Assembly: GCA_963666275.2 (NCBI GenBank)
Contig: CAXXOA010000001.1
Span: 1,728,001-1,792,000, forward strand
Direction of reading: 5' to 3'
DNA from: Oceanispirochaeta sp.
GTDB lineage: Bacteria; Spirochaetota; Spirochaetia; DSM-2461
Length of the DNA stretch: 64,000 nt
In this document: positions 1-10,332 of the stretch, one piece after another
How positions within the stretch are numbered: position 1 is the first letter of the stretch
Layout: every line of letters begins with the position of its first letter
Translations under genes and position numbers: made by a program
The notes under the pieces: generated by a model
What the model was told of the DNA's origin: nothing
Database searches by the model: none
The model's input: only the letters and a program-made list of their open reading frames with translations

Positions 1-844
1 AACTGAGAGATGCGGGTGTCATATCTCCGGAGATCTGAGGATAGGCAAGGTGACCCACCATAACTGCGGGAAGCCCCTCCTGAATCATCATCTTATAGGG
101 AATCAGATCATTATTTTCAAGAAAAGTTTTGGTGGACTGAATGACGGGAAGGGTACCATGAGAGTCCTCTTCCGCATTCCCGTGGCCGGGATAGTGCTTG
201 GCCGTACTTATGACGCCTGCCTCATCTTGGCCCTTCAGAAAGGCCAACCCCAGTATTCCCGTCTGGACGGGATCGTGGGAAAAAGCCCGGGGCCCGATCA
301 CATCGGCCAGGGGGTTCAGATAGACATCCACCGTGGGGGCGAAGTTCATATTGATCCCCAGAGCTTTCAGCTCCATGCCGATCAGATAACCCGTCATATA
401 GGCGTCATAGGGAAGACCCGATGCTCCTATCGCCAGATTGCCCGGGGTAATGGAAGTTTCACCTTTTACATGACGAACCCAGCCCCCTTCCTGATCGGTT
501 GCGATGAACAGGGGGATTTCCAGAGAGGATTCAACGGCAGTTTTCTGCATTTCAGTAATAGTCTGTGAAAGGATGTCCAGATCATTGGCATTCCAGCCGA
601 ATACTTTGATTCCTCCGACTTTATGGTCTCTTATCCAGTGAAGGATCGTATCGGAAGCTGTTTCACCCATGTATCCCAGCATGAGTACCTGACCCAGTAT
701 ATCGCTGTTATCCATCTCTTCCATAAGAGCCTCTGCCAGATCTTCTGCAGGAAGGTCGGAATTAAAAGTCGGTAAAGGCTGGGAATATAAAAATACTCCT
801 GCCGTTAAGAGCAGGAGTAGAATCGACAAAAATCTCTTGGACAC
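1..844 (-). CDS. nagZ: GH3 beta-N-acetylhexosaminidase (N-terminal part, runs off the window)
   Basis: Not in the ORF track. Manual minus-strand translation from GTG 844 gives a signal-like N-terminus, IATDQEGGWV, GINMNFAPTVDV and KHYPGHGNAEEDSH (NagZ signature). Confidence 0.85.
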   Translation of the reverse strand, partial: MSKRFLSILLLLLTAGVFLYSQPLPTFNSDLPAEDLAEALMEEMDNSDILGQVLMLGYMGETASDTILHWIRDHKVGGIKVFGWNANDLDILSQTITEMQKTAVESSLEIPLFIATDQEGGWVRHVKGETSITPGNLAIGASGLPYDAYMTGYLIGMELKALGINMNFAPTVDVYLNPLADVIGPRAFSHDPVQTGILGLAFLKGQDEAGVISTAKHYPGHGNAEEDSHGTLPVIQSTKTFLENNDLIPYKMMIQEGLPAVMVGHLAYPQISGDMTPASLS

Positions 845-872
845 TTGGAAACCTCATTTTTTATGATGAGGT

Positions 873-1805
873 TTAAATATAGGCTTCTCCCTTCAGGTCG
901 TCAATATAATTGGCCGCAAAGTGAGCGGCAATTGCACCGTCAGAGGCAGAGACTACAAGCTGCCGGAAAGGTGTGTCTCGAACATCGCCGACAGCAAACA
1001 TTCCTTTTTCCGAAGTCTGCATATGTTCATCCGTAACAATATATCCGGCTTCGTCCATATCAAGATGAGAAACCAGTTTTGTCTGGGGAATGGAGCCTAC
1101 AAAAACAAAAACAGCGTCAAAATCCTCTTCATAGACTTTCTCTTCGTCTGTTTTTGAAAGAACCACTTTCCTGACTTTTGCATCGTCCCCTATAATTTCC
1201 GTGGCAACTGTGTTAAAGCGGACTTCAATATTGGGATTTCTTAAAACCTTTTCGGCCACTGCTTTCTGGGCACGGAATCTGTCACGTCTGTGAATCATAA
1301 CCACCTTATCGGTCAGATTGGCCAGGTAATTGGCCTCATCGCAGGCCGCATCGCCTCCACCGACAACAAGCATTTTCTTGTTCTTGAAGAAAGGTCCGTC
1401 ACAGGTCGCGCAGTAGGAAACGCCTTTTCCTGAATACTCTTCTTCTCCGGGAATTTCCAGATGTCTGTGTTTGGCTCCGGTTGCAATAATCACAGTTTTT
1501 GCCTTTACAGATTCTTTGGATGTCTCCACTGTGAAGCTGTTATTCTCTTTGGAAATGCCTTTTACCGTGGCCGTCATAAATTCTGCACCGAATTTCTGTG
1601 CCTGCTTCTGCATGTCCATGGAAAACTGAAAACCGTTGACAGGTTCGGGAAATCCCGGATAGTTCTCCAGGTCGGCAATCAGGAGGGCCTGTCCTCCCGG
1701 AGCCATTTCCTCAATAACAAGGGTATTCAGATTGGAGCGTGCTCCGTACTGTGCCGCTGATAAACCTGCAATTCCGCCGCCGATGATAACAAGATCCTTT
1801 TCCAT
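873..1805 (-). CDS. trxB: thioredoxin reductase
   Basis: GGGIAG FAD motif, CATCDG active site, GGGDAA NADPH motif, FAVGDV. Confidence 0.95.
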   Translation of the reverse strand: MEKDLVIIGGGIAGLSAAQYGARSNLNTLVIEEMAPGGQALLIADLENYPGFPEPVNGFQFSMDMQKQAQKFGAEFMTATVKGISKENNSFTVETSKESVKAKTVIIATGAKHRHLEIPGEEEYSGKGVSYCATCDGPFFKNKKMLVVGGGDAACDEANYLANLTDKVVMIHRRDRFRAQKAVAEKVLRNPNIEVRFNTVATEIIGDDAKVRKVVLSKTDEEKVYEEDFDAVFVFVGSIPQTKLVSHLDMDEAGYIVTDEHMQTSEKGMFAVGDVRDTPFRQLVVSASDGAIAAHFAANYIDDLKGEAYI

Positions 1806-1929
1806 ATGTTAAATATCTCCTTGATACTATATATACATTTAATCAACAGTTCCAATATAATAAGAGAACTGGTGAGAATCAAATCGGGAATTCAGAATTT
1901 CCAGTTTAATCTGTATTATTATTTAAACT

Positions 1930-3396
1930 ATGCCGTTAACAGCACAAACGAACAAATCCAATTTTTCCTTTAAAAACAAGATCTCCTGTTTTTTAAGAAT
2001 ATGGTTACTCCTTTCTATTATACCAAACCTGTCTGCTCTGAATATCCCCTTTCATACAGAAAATGAACTGGATGAATATGCAATGATGGAAGAACCACTG
2101 GAAACAGAAACCCTTATAAGATTGTTTCTCTATACTTCCGATACGGATCCTGAAAAATATCCTGTCTATATGGAAAGGATCCGCAGGGAAATCGAAGAGC
2201 TTAAAAGTTATATTAATACGATGCAGACCGGAGAAAATGCGGCTCCAGCGGGAGATCTGATCCTTCAGTTTCTTCATCAGGAAAGCCTTGTCAGATATTC
2301 GGAAAACCAGACACGTCTGGATACTCTTCTGGATACGGGAGTCTACAACTGTGTCTCTTCTGCTGTCTATTATATGATTTTCTGCCGTGCCCTGGGGATC
2401 GAGGTCAAAGGGATTCATGCGGCGGATCATGCTTTCTGCTCTGTGACTGTTCCGGGGCAGGAAATCTCAGTGGATGTGGAAACTACGAATAAATGGGGGT
2501 ACAACCCCGGTACGAAAAAGGCATTTCATTCGGAGTTTACCGAAAGTACAGGTTTTATTTATGTTCCTCCCGGAAGGTATTCCAACAGGGTGGAACTGGG
2601 AGACCGTGAAATGGCCGGACTCATTCTTCAGAACCGCATTGTCCTGCATCAGAGGCGGGGGGAGTATGAGAGCGCCCTGGAGCTGGCCGCAGACAGACTG
2701 GCCCTTACGGGAACAGATCAGGCCGGGAAAGACTATTTTGATTCTATTCAGAACCTTGCGGCCATGTACAATCAGACGCAGCAGTATGAAAAAGCCGTGG
2801 ATCTAATAAATCTTGCCGAAACAGGGCCCTTTGAACTGCCCGATTTTCTTGATGAAACCAGGTATCAGGTCATTTACAACCTTTGCAGCACCATTCTGAA
2901 TGCAGGTGATCCGGATCAGGCGGAACGAGTTGTCATTGCCTACAGCGCCCAGCTACCCGAACATATTGAGAAAGACCTCCTTCTGCTGATCGAGGAACGA
3001 CGTCTGGATAAGCTTATCCGGAGCGGATACAGCCTTGAAACAGTACAGAAAATTACCGATTCCAGAGACAAGGGAATTCTGACCTCCAAAAGAGCCGAAG
3101 AGATGCTTGTGTATCTCTATGCCAGAGAAGCTGAGAATATTTCACTGGAAGAGAATTTCCTGACAAGCCTGGAGTTTCTTGATACTGTCCCTGTTTTTCT
3201 GGAGTCCAACAGGGATTTTATCCGCCTCAGAAGTGTTTACGAGAATAATTACGCCGTGGAAGTTCATAATTCAGTCATTCCGCTACTGGAGAATGAGGAC
3301 TGGGAAGGTGCAAAGGATGTTCTCAATAGAGCTCTGGAAAAAATTCCCCGCAACAGAATTCTTCTTCAGGATCTTCAGAGACTGGAATCTTTTTAA
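1930..3396 (+). CDS. secreted transglutaminase-like/TPR protein
   Basis: Hydrophobic N-terminus, NCVSS...HAF...DVETT Cys-His-Asp pattern, helical repeats at the C-terminus. Confidence 0.6.
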   Translation: MPLTAQTNKSNFSFKNKISCFLRIWLLLSIIPNLSALNIPFHTENELDEYAMMEEPLETETLIRLFLYTSDTDPEKYPVYMERIRREIEELKSYINTMQTGENAAPAGDLILQFLHQESLVRYSENQTRLDTLLDTGVYNCVSSAVYYMIFCRALGIEVKGIHAADHAFCSVTVPGQEISVDVETTNKWGYNPGTKKAFHSEFTESTGFIYVPPGRYSNRVELGDREMAGLILQNRIVLHQRRGEYESALELAADRLALTGTDQAGKDYFDSIQNLAAMYNQTQQYEKAVDLINLAETGPFELPDFLDETRYQVIYNLCSTILNAGDPDQAERVVIAYSAQLPEHIEKDLLLLIEERRLDKLIRSGYSLETVQKITDSRDKGILTSKRAEEMLVYLYAREAENISLEENFLTSLEFLDTVPVFLESNRDFIRLRSVYENNYAVEVHNSVIPLLENEDWEGAKDVLNRALEKIPRNRILLQDLQRLESF

Positions 3397-3472
3397 AAAT
3401 CAGATGAACGCAAATTATTCCTAAGTTCCCGAAAGAAATACACCGAAAATAAAATGAAGGAGTATTTCTGGA

Positions 3473-3973
3473 ATGATACCGGATCAACTTATTGATAAAC
3501 TGCTTAGCCTTTTGGAAGATGAACTGACTCTTATTCAATCCTACAATCAGGGTTGTGAGAAGCTTCATCAATATGTCATTTCCAAGGATTGGAAAAACCT
3601 TGAAAAAAAAATTATCTCCTTAAAACAGCAGGCCGCAAAACTGGTAGATGCTGACAATGAACGGGAATGGGTCGTCAATCACCTCAAACAGGAGATGGAC
3701 CTGCCCGAAGAGTGTTCCTTCGGACTCCTTATCAGCCGGTTTCCTCAGGATAAGACCAGGGAAATCAATGATCTGAAAAGGAATATCCGCAGATCTGTCA
3801 TGATCTTACAGGGACGTGTCCGGGGGATCGGCAAATATACCGAAAATCAGGCCGGAGCTCTGAAAGATGTATTGGATATCCTCGTGCCCGATCAGAAGGG
3901 CAAGATTTACAATCGTTACGGATCCGCCAACACGGGAGGGCAGAACCCTCTTCTTGTGAACAGGCATTTTTAA
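3473..3973 (+). CDS. flgN: flagellar export chaperone FlgN
   Basis: Coiled-coil 166 aa protein directly upstream of flgK, with a C-terminal Y..G motif. Confidence 0.75.
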   Translation: MIPDQLIDKLLSLLEDELTLIQSYNQGCEKLHQYVISKDWKNLEKKIISLKQQAAKLVDADNEREWVVNHLKQEMDLPEECSFGLLISRFPQDKTREINDLKRNIRRSVMILQGRVRGIGKYTENQAGALKDVLDILVPDQKGKIYNRYGSANTGGQNPLLVNRHF

Positions 3974-3985
3974 AGGCAGGAATAT

Positions 3986-5863
3986 ATGGGATCTACATTC
4001 AGTGGAATCGAACTAGGAAAAAGAAGCCTTCAGGCTCATACTCAGGGGCTTCAGACAATCGGCCATAACATGAGTAATGCGGCAACCGATGGTTACAGCC
4101 GGCAGAGAGTGCGTCTGTCTGCAACTGATCCCATCTATATGCCTCAGATGAACCGCGCGGAACGCCCGGGCCAGATCGGTCAGGGTGTGGATGTGACCAT
4201 GGTGGAAAGGATTCATGATACTCTTCTTGAAAATAGAATCCTGGCGCAGGGAGATGAAACCGGCTACTGGGAATCCAGGGACAAATACCTGCTGATGGTG
4301 GAACAGATCTACAACGAACCCTATGATACCTCTGTAAGAACCCTTATGGACAAATTCTGGGACAGCTGGCAGGAACTTTCTGTACATCCCGAGGATATGC
4401 CCGCCAGACAGGCTGTTCTGAAAAGAAGTGAATCCCTGATTGACGGGATCAACAGCCGCTACACCCGCCTGAAAGAAACCAGAGTGATGCTCAATGATGA
4501 CATCAATGTTTCTGTGGGAGAGGTAAACGGTCTGCTTCAGGATATAGCCAAACTGAATGTCCAGATCGAAAAATCCCAGGCTCTTCATGACAATCCCAAT
4601 GATCTTCTGGATAAAAGAGATCTGCTTGTTGAAAAATTATCAGGTTATATGAACGTCACTGTGGATAACAGGGATCCCGATGAATTTTTGATTCATACCC
4701 AGGGCATGCATCTGATTCAGGGCAAGCAGGTGAACCTGCTGAGAACAGAACCGAATCCGCAGAATGAAGGTCACTCGGATATCGTCTGGGAACGGACCGG
4801 GGAACCCGTTGATATCAGAAACGGAAAACTGGCGGCTCTTCTGGAACTGAGAGATCAGGATGTCCGGGGAGAAATACAGAATCTTGATATGATGACCGTA
4901 AACTTCACAGATATGGTCAATGAAGTCCATAGAACGGCATTTTCCTCCAATGGACAGACCGGAATAGACTTCTTTTCCGAATATCCCTTTGTCAACAATC
5001 TGGCGGGAAACTACGACCTCAACGGTGACGGGGAATATGATCATACCTATGTATTCCGTATTAACGGAATGAATGTTATGGATCCGGAACAGCAGACAGG
5101 CCTTCAGGGGCAGATCACCCTGGCAGGCGCCGCAGGGGATGTGACTGTCAACTATTTTCCAACAGATCGGGTTTCAGATATTATCGATCGAATTAACAAT
5201 GCCGGTGCGGAGGTCAAAGCCTTTCTGGACCGGGACGGCCATATGGCTCTGAAAGCGACCCATGCGGAGGATCTGAATAATCCGGATTTTGTGATCCGGC
5301 ACGTAGAGGATTCAGGGCAGTTCCTTTCCGGTTATGCCGGGATTCTCAGCGGTTCCGGACCCGAAAACGCCTATGACTGGAATCAGCAGGATGCGGTTCT
5401 GGGATTCAGGGAGGGCGGCGTCCGCTACAGTGTGGCCCCTCTGGCCCATCCCTCCGGATGGCTGAAGGTCAATCCCGCCGTAGCGGCGGATCCCACCACG
5501 ATTGTATCCGGTCTGGGTTCCAATAGTCGTCAGGCTCTCCCCGGAGACGGAAGTGCGGCTCTGGAAATAGCTTCGCTGAGGAATAAAACAGTCATGCTGG
5601 GCCAGTCAAAAACCTTTGATGACTACTTTGCCGCAACCATTGCCGATATCGGATTGAAAGGGGAAGTAGCCCAGCAGGCCAATGAATCCCAGCAGCTTGT
5701 TATGAAGGATCTCAAGGATTTTCAGTCTTCCGTTTCGGGAGTGAATATGGATGAAGAGATGGCTGAAATGATCAAATTCCAGCATGGTTACAATGCGGCC
5801 GCCCGGTTTGTGAATGAAATAAACCAGATGCTGGATACCATAATCAACAGAATGGGAGTGTAA
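3986..5863 (+). CDS. flgK: hook-associated protein FlgK
   Basis: GHNMSNAATDGYSRQRV and SVSGVNMDEEMAEMIKFQHGYNAAAR. Confidence 0.97.
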   Translation: MGSTFSGIELGKRSLQAHTQGLQTIGHNMSNAATDGYSRQRVRLSATDPIYMPQMNRAERPGQIGQGVDVTMVERIHDTLLENRILAQGDETGYWESRDKYLLMVEQIYNEPYDTSVRTLMDKFWDSWQELSVHPEDMPARQAVLKRSESLIDGINSRYTRLKETRVMLNDDINVSVGEVNGLLQDIAKLNVQIEKSQALHDNPNDLLDKRDLLVEKLSGYMNVTVDNRDPDEFLIHTQGMHLIQGKQVNLLRTEPNPQNEGHSDIVWERTGEPVDIRNGKLAALLELRDQDVRGEIQNLDMMTVNFTDMVNEVHRTAFSSNGQTGIDFFSEYPFVNNLAGNYDLNGDGEYDHTYVFRINGMNVMDPEQQTGLQGQITLAGAAGDVTVNYFPTDRVSDIIDRINNAGAEVKAFLDRDGHMALKATHAEDLNNPDFVIRHVEDSGQFLSGYAGILSGSGPENAYDWNQQDAVLGFREGGVRYSVAPLAHPSGWLKVNPAVAADPTTIVSGLGSNSRQALPGDGSAALEIASLRNKTVMLGQSKTFDDYFAATIADIGLKGEVAQQANESQQLVMKDLKDFQSSVSGVNMDEEMAEMIKFQHGYNAAARFVNEINQMLDTIINRMGV

Positions 5864-5866
5864 TAG

Positions 5867-7114
5867 ATGAGACGAATCAGTTCAGCTATGCCAAATACAG
5901 ATATGCAGTATCAGATGCGTCTGCGGGATTTCCGCATGAATGAGATGCAGAGCAGTATCGGCAGCAGCCGTAGACTGAATAATCTGCGGGATGATCCGAT
6001 CGCAGCAGCCCATTCCAGCCGTTTATCCTCTCATGTCACCCATATCGACAGGTACGTAAGGAATATGGACTATGCCAAAGGGGAGTACTCTCTGGCGGAA
6101 ACCTCAATGGATCAGTCGGTTCAGATTGTTCAGAGACTGAGGGAACTGGCGGTCCAGGGCAGCAATGGTACCTATGCACCGGAAGATCTGGAATATATGG
6201 CGGCGGAAGTCAATGAACTCCTTTCTGAACTGATTTCCACCGCCAATGGAAGAACCCCCGACGGGAGAGCTCTTTTCGGCGGAAACGATACCCTGGATGA
6301 CCCGTTTGTTGCCATGGAAGGACGAATCCCGGGACTGGAAAAACCCGGTATCACCAGTGTGGCCTACAGCGGCAATATTGTAGCCAATCAGACAGATATT
6401 TCGGAAAATGCCAGGATTGATCTCAATTTTGCCGGAAATAAAGTTTTCTGGGCGGAACAGCAGTATATCTACTCCCGCAGAGATGCTCTTGAGTATGTGG
6501 TCACCGCAGATTCTAGTATTTCCATCGACGGGAAGGAAATTCCTCTTAAAACAGGAGACAACATTCATTCGATCATCAGCAAAATCAATGGAGCCGATCT
6601 GGCTGTTAAAGCCAGCCTTGATCCTGTGACCAACGGATTCACAATTGAATCCACAGTTCCTCACCAGATCTGGATGGATGAACCGCCTGAAAGCAGAGTT
6701 CTTAAAGATATCGGAATGCTGGCAGAATCGGGTAGTAGACCGCCTGAGAATCTGCAGAGCGATGTGGTCGTAGGAGGGGGCTCTCTTTTTGATGCGGTTA
6801 TTTCCATGAGAGACAGCCTGCTCAAGGGGGATCAGGAGTCTGTAGGGGGAAGAGTCCTGGGAGCTCTGGACAATTCCCTGAATAACCTTCTCTACAATAT
6901 GTCAGATCTGGGAGCCAGAACCGAAAGGCTTGATCAGACATATGCCAGACTGGACAGTGAGAGGCTCAATGTGATATCCATGAATGCCAATCTCACGGAT
7001 CTTGATATGACAGAGGCAATCACAAATCTCAAAATGCTGGAATATACACAGAAAGCCGCCTATCAGTCGGCTTCACGGATTCTTGATACTAAGCTTATGG
7101 ATTTTCTGAGGTAA
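5867..7114 (+). CDS. flgL: hook-associated protein 3 FlgL
   Basis: Flagellin-like termini (DDPIAAA; DLDMTEAI), follows flgK. Confidence 0.95.
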   Translation: MRRISSAMPNTDMQYQMRLRDFRMNEMQSSIGSSRRLNNLRDDPIAAAHSSRLSSHVTHIDRYVRNMDYAKGEYSLAETSMDQSVQIVQRLRELAVQGSNGTYAPEDLEYMAAEVNELLSELISTANGRTPDGRALFGGNDTLDDPFVAMEGRIPGLEKPGITSVAYSGNIVANQTDISENARIDLNFAGNKVFWAEQQYIYSRRDALEYVVTADSSISIDGKEIPLKTGDNIHSIISKINGADLAVKASLDPVTNGFTIESTVPHQIWMDEPPESRVLKDIGMLAESGSRPPENLQSDVVVGGGSLFDAVISMRDSLLKGDQESVGGRVLGALDNSLNNLLYNMSDLGARTERLDQTYARLDSERLNVISMNANLTDLDMTEAITNLKMLEYTQKAAYQSASRILDTKLMDFLR

Positions 7115-7120
7115 AAAAAC

Positions 7121-7579
7121 ATGCTGATTAACACAAAAGCCTATGGCGAAATTGAAATAGATGAAAGACAGATTATTGAATTTCCCACCGGCCTTTTCGG
7201 ATTTGAAACACTCCACAAATACGCTCTGATGGATGCAAGGCAGCAGCCTTTTTACTGGCTCCAGTCACTGGAAATGGAAGAAGTGGCTTTTGTTCTGATC
7301 AAGCCGACAATTTTCCGCCCTGATTACAGAGCGAGGGTTATGAAATCGGATCTTGAATCCCTTGCTCTAGAAAGTGATGAATCCGAAGATGCCCTGGTAT
7401 TCAGTATTGTGTCTTTTCATGATGATAATCATACTATGACGGCAAACCTTCAGGGGCCTGTTCTAATCAACAAACAGAATAAAACAGGTAAACAATGCAT
7501 CTCTATCGACTCTGGCTGGAAAACCCGTCATAATATAGCCGAAGAAATGGCTTCCCAGAAAAAGGATTCGGTATGCTGA
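7121..7579 (+). CDS. fliW: flagellar assembly factor FliW
   Basis: [26 protein letters not shown]. Confidence 0.95.
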   Translation: MLINTKAYGEIEIDERQIIEFPTGLFGFETLHKYALMDARQQPFYWLQSLEMEEVAFVLIKPTIFRPDYRARVMKSDLESLALESDESEDALVFSIVSFHDDNHTMTANLQGPVLINKQNKTGKQCISIDSGWKTRHNIAEEMASQKKDSVC

Positions 7580-7800
7580 TATTATCACGTAAAAAAGATG
7601 AAAGTATAATAATAGGTGATAATATTTCCATATCAGTTGTTGATATAAAGGGCGATCAGGTCAAACTGGGTATCAATGCCCCGAATGATGTCAAAGTCTT
7701 CAGACAGGAAGTTTACGAAGCCATCCAGGAAGAGAATAAAGCGGCTGCCGCTATATCTGATATTCCTGAAAATCTGAAATTCCCCGGGTTCGATAAATAG
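7573..7800 (+). CDS. csrA: carbon storage regulator CsrA
   Basis: [16 protein letters not shown]...GINAP..V.VFRQEVY. Confidence 0.97.
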   Translation: MLILSRKKDESIIIGDNISISVVDIKGDQVKLGINAPNDVKVFRQEVYEAIQEENKAAAAISDIPENLKFPGFDK

Positions 7801-8946
7801 TCAGGTATCTTCAGATCTATTGAAGATGCTTTTGAATGTCTCTTCAATCTCAATAAAAGAATCTACCAGTTTCGGATCGAAATGCGTCCCTCTGCCGCTG
7901 AGGATGATCTCCTTTGATTTTTCATGGCTGAAGGATTCTTTATAGCTTCTTTCCGATCTCAGGGCATCATATACATCTGCTATAGCCACAATCCGGGCGG
8001 CCAGAGGAATCATATTTTCAAAGATCCCGTAGGGATAGCCGCTGCCGTCCCATTTTTCATGATGACAAAGAGCAATTTCCCTGGCCATACTGTTGGGATA
8101 GGTACTGAGAATGTAGGCGCCGTTTTTGGTATGCTCATTCATTATGGTCCTTTCCCAGGATTCCAGCGGTCCCTCCTTGTTGAGTATATCGTCGGGTGTG
8201 CCTATTTTCCCCACATCATGCATAGCCGCCAGCATTCCGATATCATCTATGAATGAGGGGGATATTTCCGGAAAGTCGGGATTTTTATAGAGATATTCAC
8301 TCAGGGCCCGGCAATACTCATTGACCCGGGAAATATGGTTTCCCGTATCATTATCTTTCAGTTTTGAAGCTTCAAGAAGGCTTCGGAATGTATTCTGCAG
8401 AATGTCCTTGAATTCCTTCGTTATGATATCCCAGGTACAGGAAAAGAGCGCCGGTAATCCCCTGTCAAATAAAAGGGGCTGAATAAAAAGTTTTATAAAG
8501 GAATCGGTTTCTGATTCATCCTGCTTCAGAAAAACCTGACCATGCCATGAAAAGGCATTCTCGGAATTTTCAAGCCTGGATTTAATAACCCATGTGGTGT
8601 GCTGTTTATTATGAAATTTGAATATTTCGGGCAGACAGTTATAGTCAGAACGGACTGCAGAATCAAATGCATTGTCATAGGCCTGATTTGACCAGAGAAC
8701 AGAAAGATCTATATCACAGAGGCAAAGAGGAATGGGGCTGGATGTATGAATATCTATCCATGACCTGACTGGCTCGGCCAGCAGATCAATTTTCGGGACA
8801 GTCTCAATCTGATCTGCAAAGAGAGACCAGTAATATTTTCGAGAATGGGGGAGGAGTTCTTCATCCTCAAAATCAGAGATTTCTTCCAGTTCCTGTATCG
8901 TTTCATCTTCTTCAATCAATTCAGGATCGGAAAAAAAATCTTTCAT
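7801..8946 (-). CDS. HD-GYP c-di-GMP phosphodiesterase with PAS-like N-terminus
   Basis: HDVGKIG, HHEKWDGSGYP, IADVYDAL. Confidence 0.9.
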   Translation of the reverse strand: MKDFFSDPELIEEDETIQELEEISDFEDEELLPHSRKYYWSLFADQIETVPKIDLLAEPVRSWIDIHTSSPIPLCLCDIDLSVLWSNQAYDNAFDSAVRSDYNCLPEIFKFHNKQHTTWVIKSRLENSENAFSWHGQVFLKQDESETDSFIKLFIQPLLFDRGLPALFSCTWDIITKEFKDILQNTFRSLLEASKLKDNDTGNHISRVNEYCRALSEYLYKNPDFPEISPSFIDDIGMLAAMHDVGKIGTPDDILNKEGPLESWERTIMNEHTKNGAYILSTYPNSMAREIALCHHEKWDGSGYPYGIFENMIPLAARIVAIADVYDALRSERSYKESFSHEKSKEIILSGRGTHFDPKLVDSFIEIEETFKSIFNRSEDT

Positions 8947-8949
8947 GCA

Positions 8950-9612
8950 TCATTCCCCAAACATTGCTATCTCAGCTTCGCTTTTTCTTATGTAAACGGG
9001 GCCTGAATCGATCGGATCAGGTCCGTCACTGTTAAATTTTTGAATTCCCAGATTCAGCAGCTGTCTTGATTTTCCTTCAAAATAGTTTCCATCTCTGAAA
9101 ATACCCGCATCCCTGGAAAGTGTAATCTTCTGGCAGTCCGGGCCGGTCAATAATATAGTCTCATATGTATTGAGAATATTTTCAATTTTTTCGCTCGAAA
9201 TATCAAGATAATCTGTCTTTTTCAGGCCTTTCAGATAAACGGCGCAGTAGTACCTTTTCTTTTTAGCATCGATTACAGGAACCACGGGGCCGTTGAAATA
9301 TTCCAGGCCGCTGGCAAGGTAATCCAGAGTAGGAACTGTTACGAAGGGAATATTCAAACCTGTGGACATCCCTTTCACTGTAGCCATGGCAATGCGCAGT
9401 CCCGTGAAGGATCCGGGCCCTTGTGACGTGACAAGAAGATCGAGATCTGATGGAGTCATCTCCGCTGTTTTTAAAAGATTTTCAATCTGGATCAGAAGAT
9501 TTTCAGAGTGTTTCAGACCGCAATCCAGTGTTATCTCATAAAAGGATTCATTCTGCTTCAGACAGATGCTCAGAAGGTTTGTGGCTGCATCTATAGCAAG
9601 GATATTATTCAT
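8950..9612 (-). CDS. tsaB: t6A biosynthesis protein TsaB
   Basis: ILAID, HSENL, GPGSFTGLRI. Confidence 0.95.
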   Translation of the reverse strand: MNNILAIDAATNLLSICLKQNESFYEITLDCGLKHSENLLIQIENLLKTAEMTPSDLDLLVTSQGPGSFTGLRIAMATVKGMSTGLNIPFVTVPTLDYLASGLEYFNGPVVPVIDAKKKRYYCAVYLKGLKKTDYLDISSEKIENILNTYETILLTGPDCQKITLSRDAGIFRDGNYFEGKSRQLLNLGIQKFNSDGPDPIDSGPVYIRKSEAEIAMFGE

Positions 9613-10030
9613 CAGATGTGTCCTTTAGGCAGATTTTGCGTGAGTTATCGTCCTGGATCCTGATTGTAATAATTTTTCTCTCTTCCGGAAGGTACTCAAG
9701 AATCCGTTCACTCCATTCAATCAGGCAAACTCCCTTTCCAAAAAGGAAATCCTCAGCCCCCAGCATTTCAAACTCTTCAACACTGTCTATCCTGTAAAGG
9801 TCCATATGATAGAAGGGGAGTGTGCCGGAATATTCAGAAATAAGAGTGTAAGTGGGACTTGTGACATTTTCCGTCACTCCGAAAGCCAGGGCAATGCCTT
9901 TCGTCAGGGACGTTTTTCCCGCCCCGAGATCACCTTCAAGACAGACTATATCGCCCTCCCTGAGGGTTTTTCCAATCATTTCCCCGATTTTAAGGGTCTC
10001 TTCAAAGCTTTTACTTGTATATTCGGTCAA
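9605..10030 (-). CDS. tsaE: t6A biosynthesis ATPase TsaE
   Basis: GDLGAGKT, SPTYTL, HMDLYR, IEW. Confidence 0.96.
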   Translation of the reverse strand: MTEYTSKSFEETLKIGEMIGKTLREGDIVCLEGDLGAGKTSLTKGIALAFGVTENVTSPTYTLISEYSGTLPFYHMDLYRIDSVEEFEMLGAEDFLFGKGVCLIEWSERILEYLPEERKIITIRIQDDNSRKICLKDTSDE

Positions 10031-10032
10031 TT

Positions 10033-10290
10033 TCAGAAGTCCTGCTGATCTATTTTCGCTAACTGAGTTTTCAGTATTTTTATGATTGGCAGTAAAGGAT
10101 AATCTATCGGTTCCAGCAGTTCAACAGTCACATCTCTGTGTCCGGTAGGAAGCATTTCAACCGTAGACTGAAATTTGACACTGGCCTGCTTGTTCTTGAC
10201 AAGAGAGAAAAGAGCTGTCCCCTCATACTGGTTTCTGTAGTAAATCAAAGTGTCTTTCTTTTTAATGTCACTTATACCAATCAGTTCCAT
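10033..10290 (-). CDS. hypothetical protein
   Basis: 85-aa ORF with RBS, 2 nt upstream of tsaE. Confidence 0.75.
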   Translation of the reverse strand: MELIGISDIKKKDTLIYYRNQYEGTALFSLVKNKQASVKFQSTVEMLPTGHRDVTVELLEPIDYPLLPIIKILKTQLAKIDQQDF

Positions 10291-10332
10291 TATTATTCCT
10301 AATATTTTTTATATAATAATACTTTTTATCAT

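Noticed and set aside
50..568. 172-aa plus-strand ORF
   Set aside because: Antisense shadow of the minus-strand nagZ, which has clear motifs.
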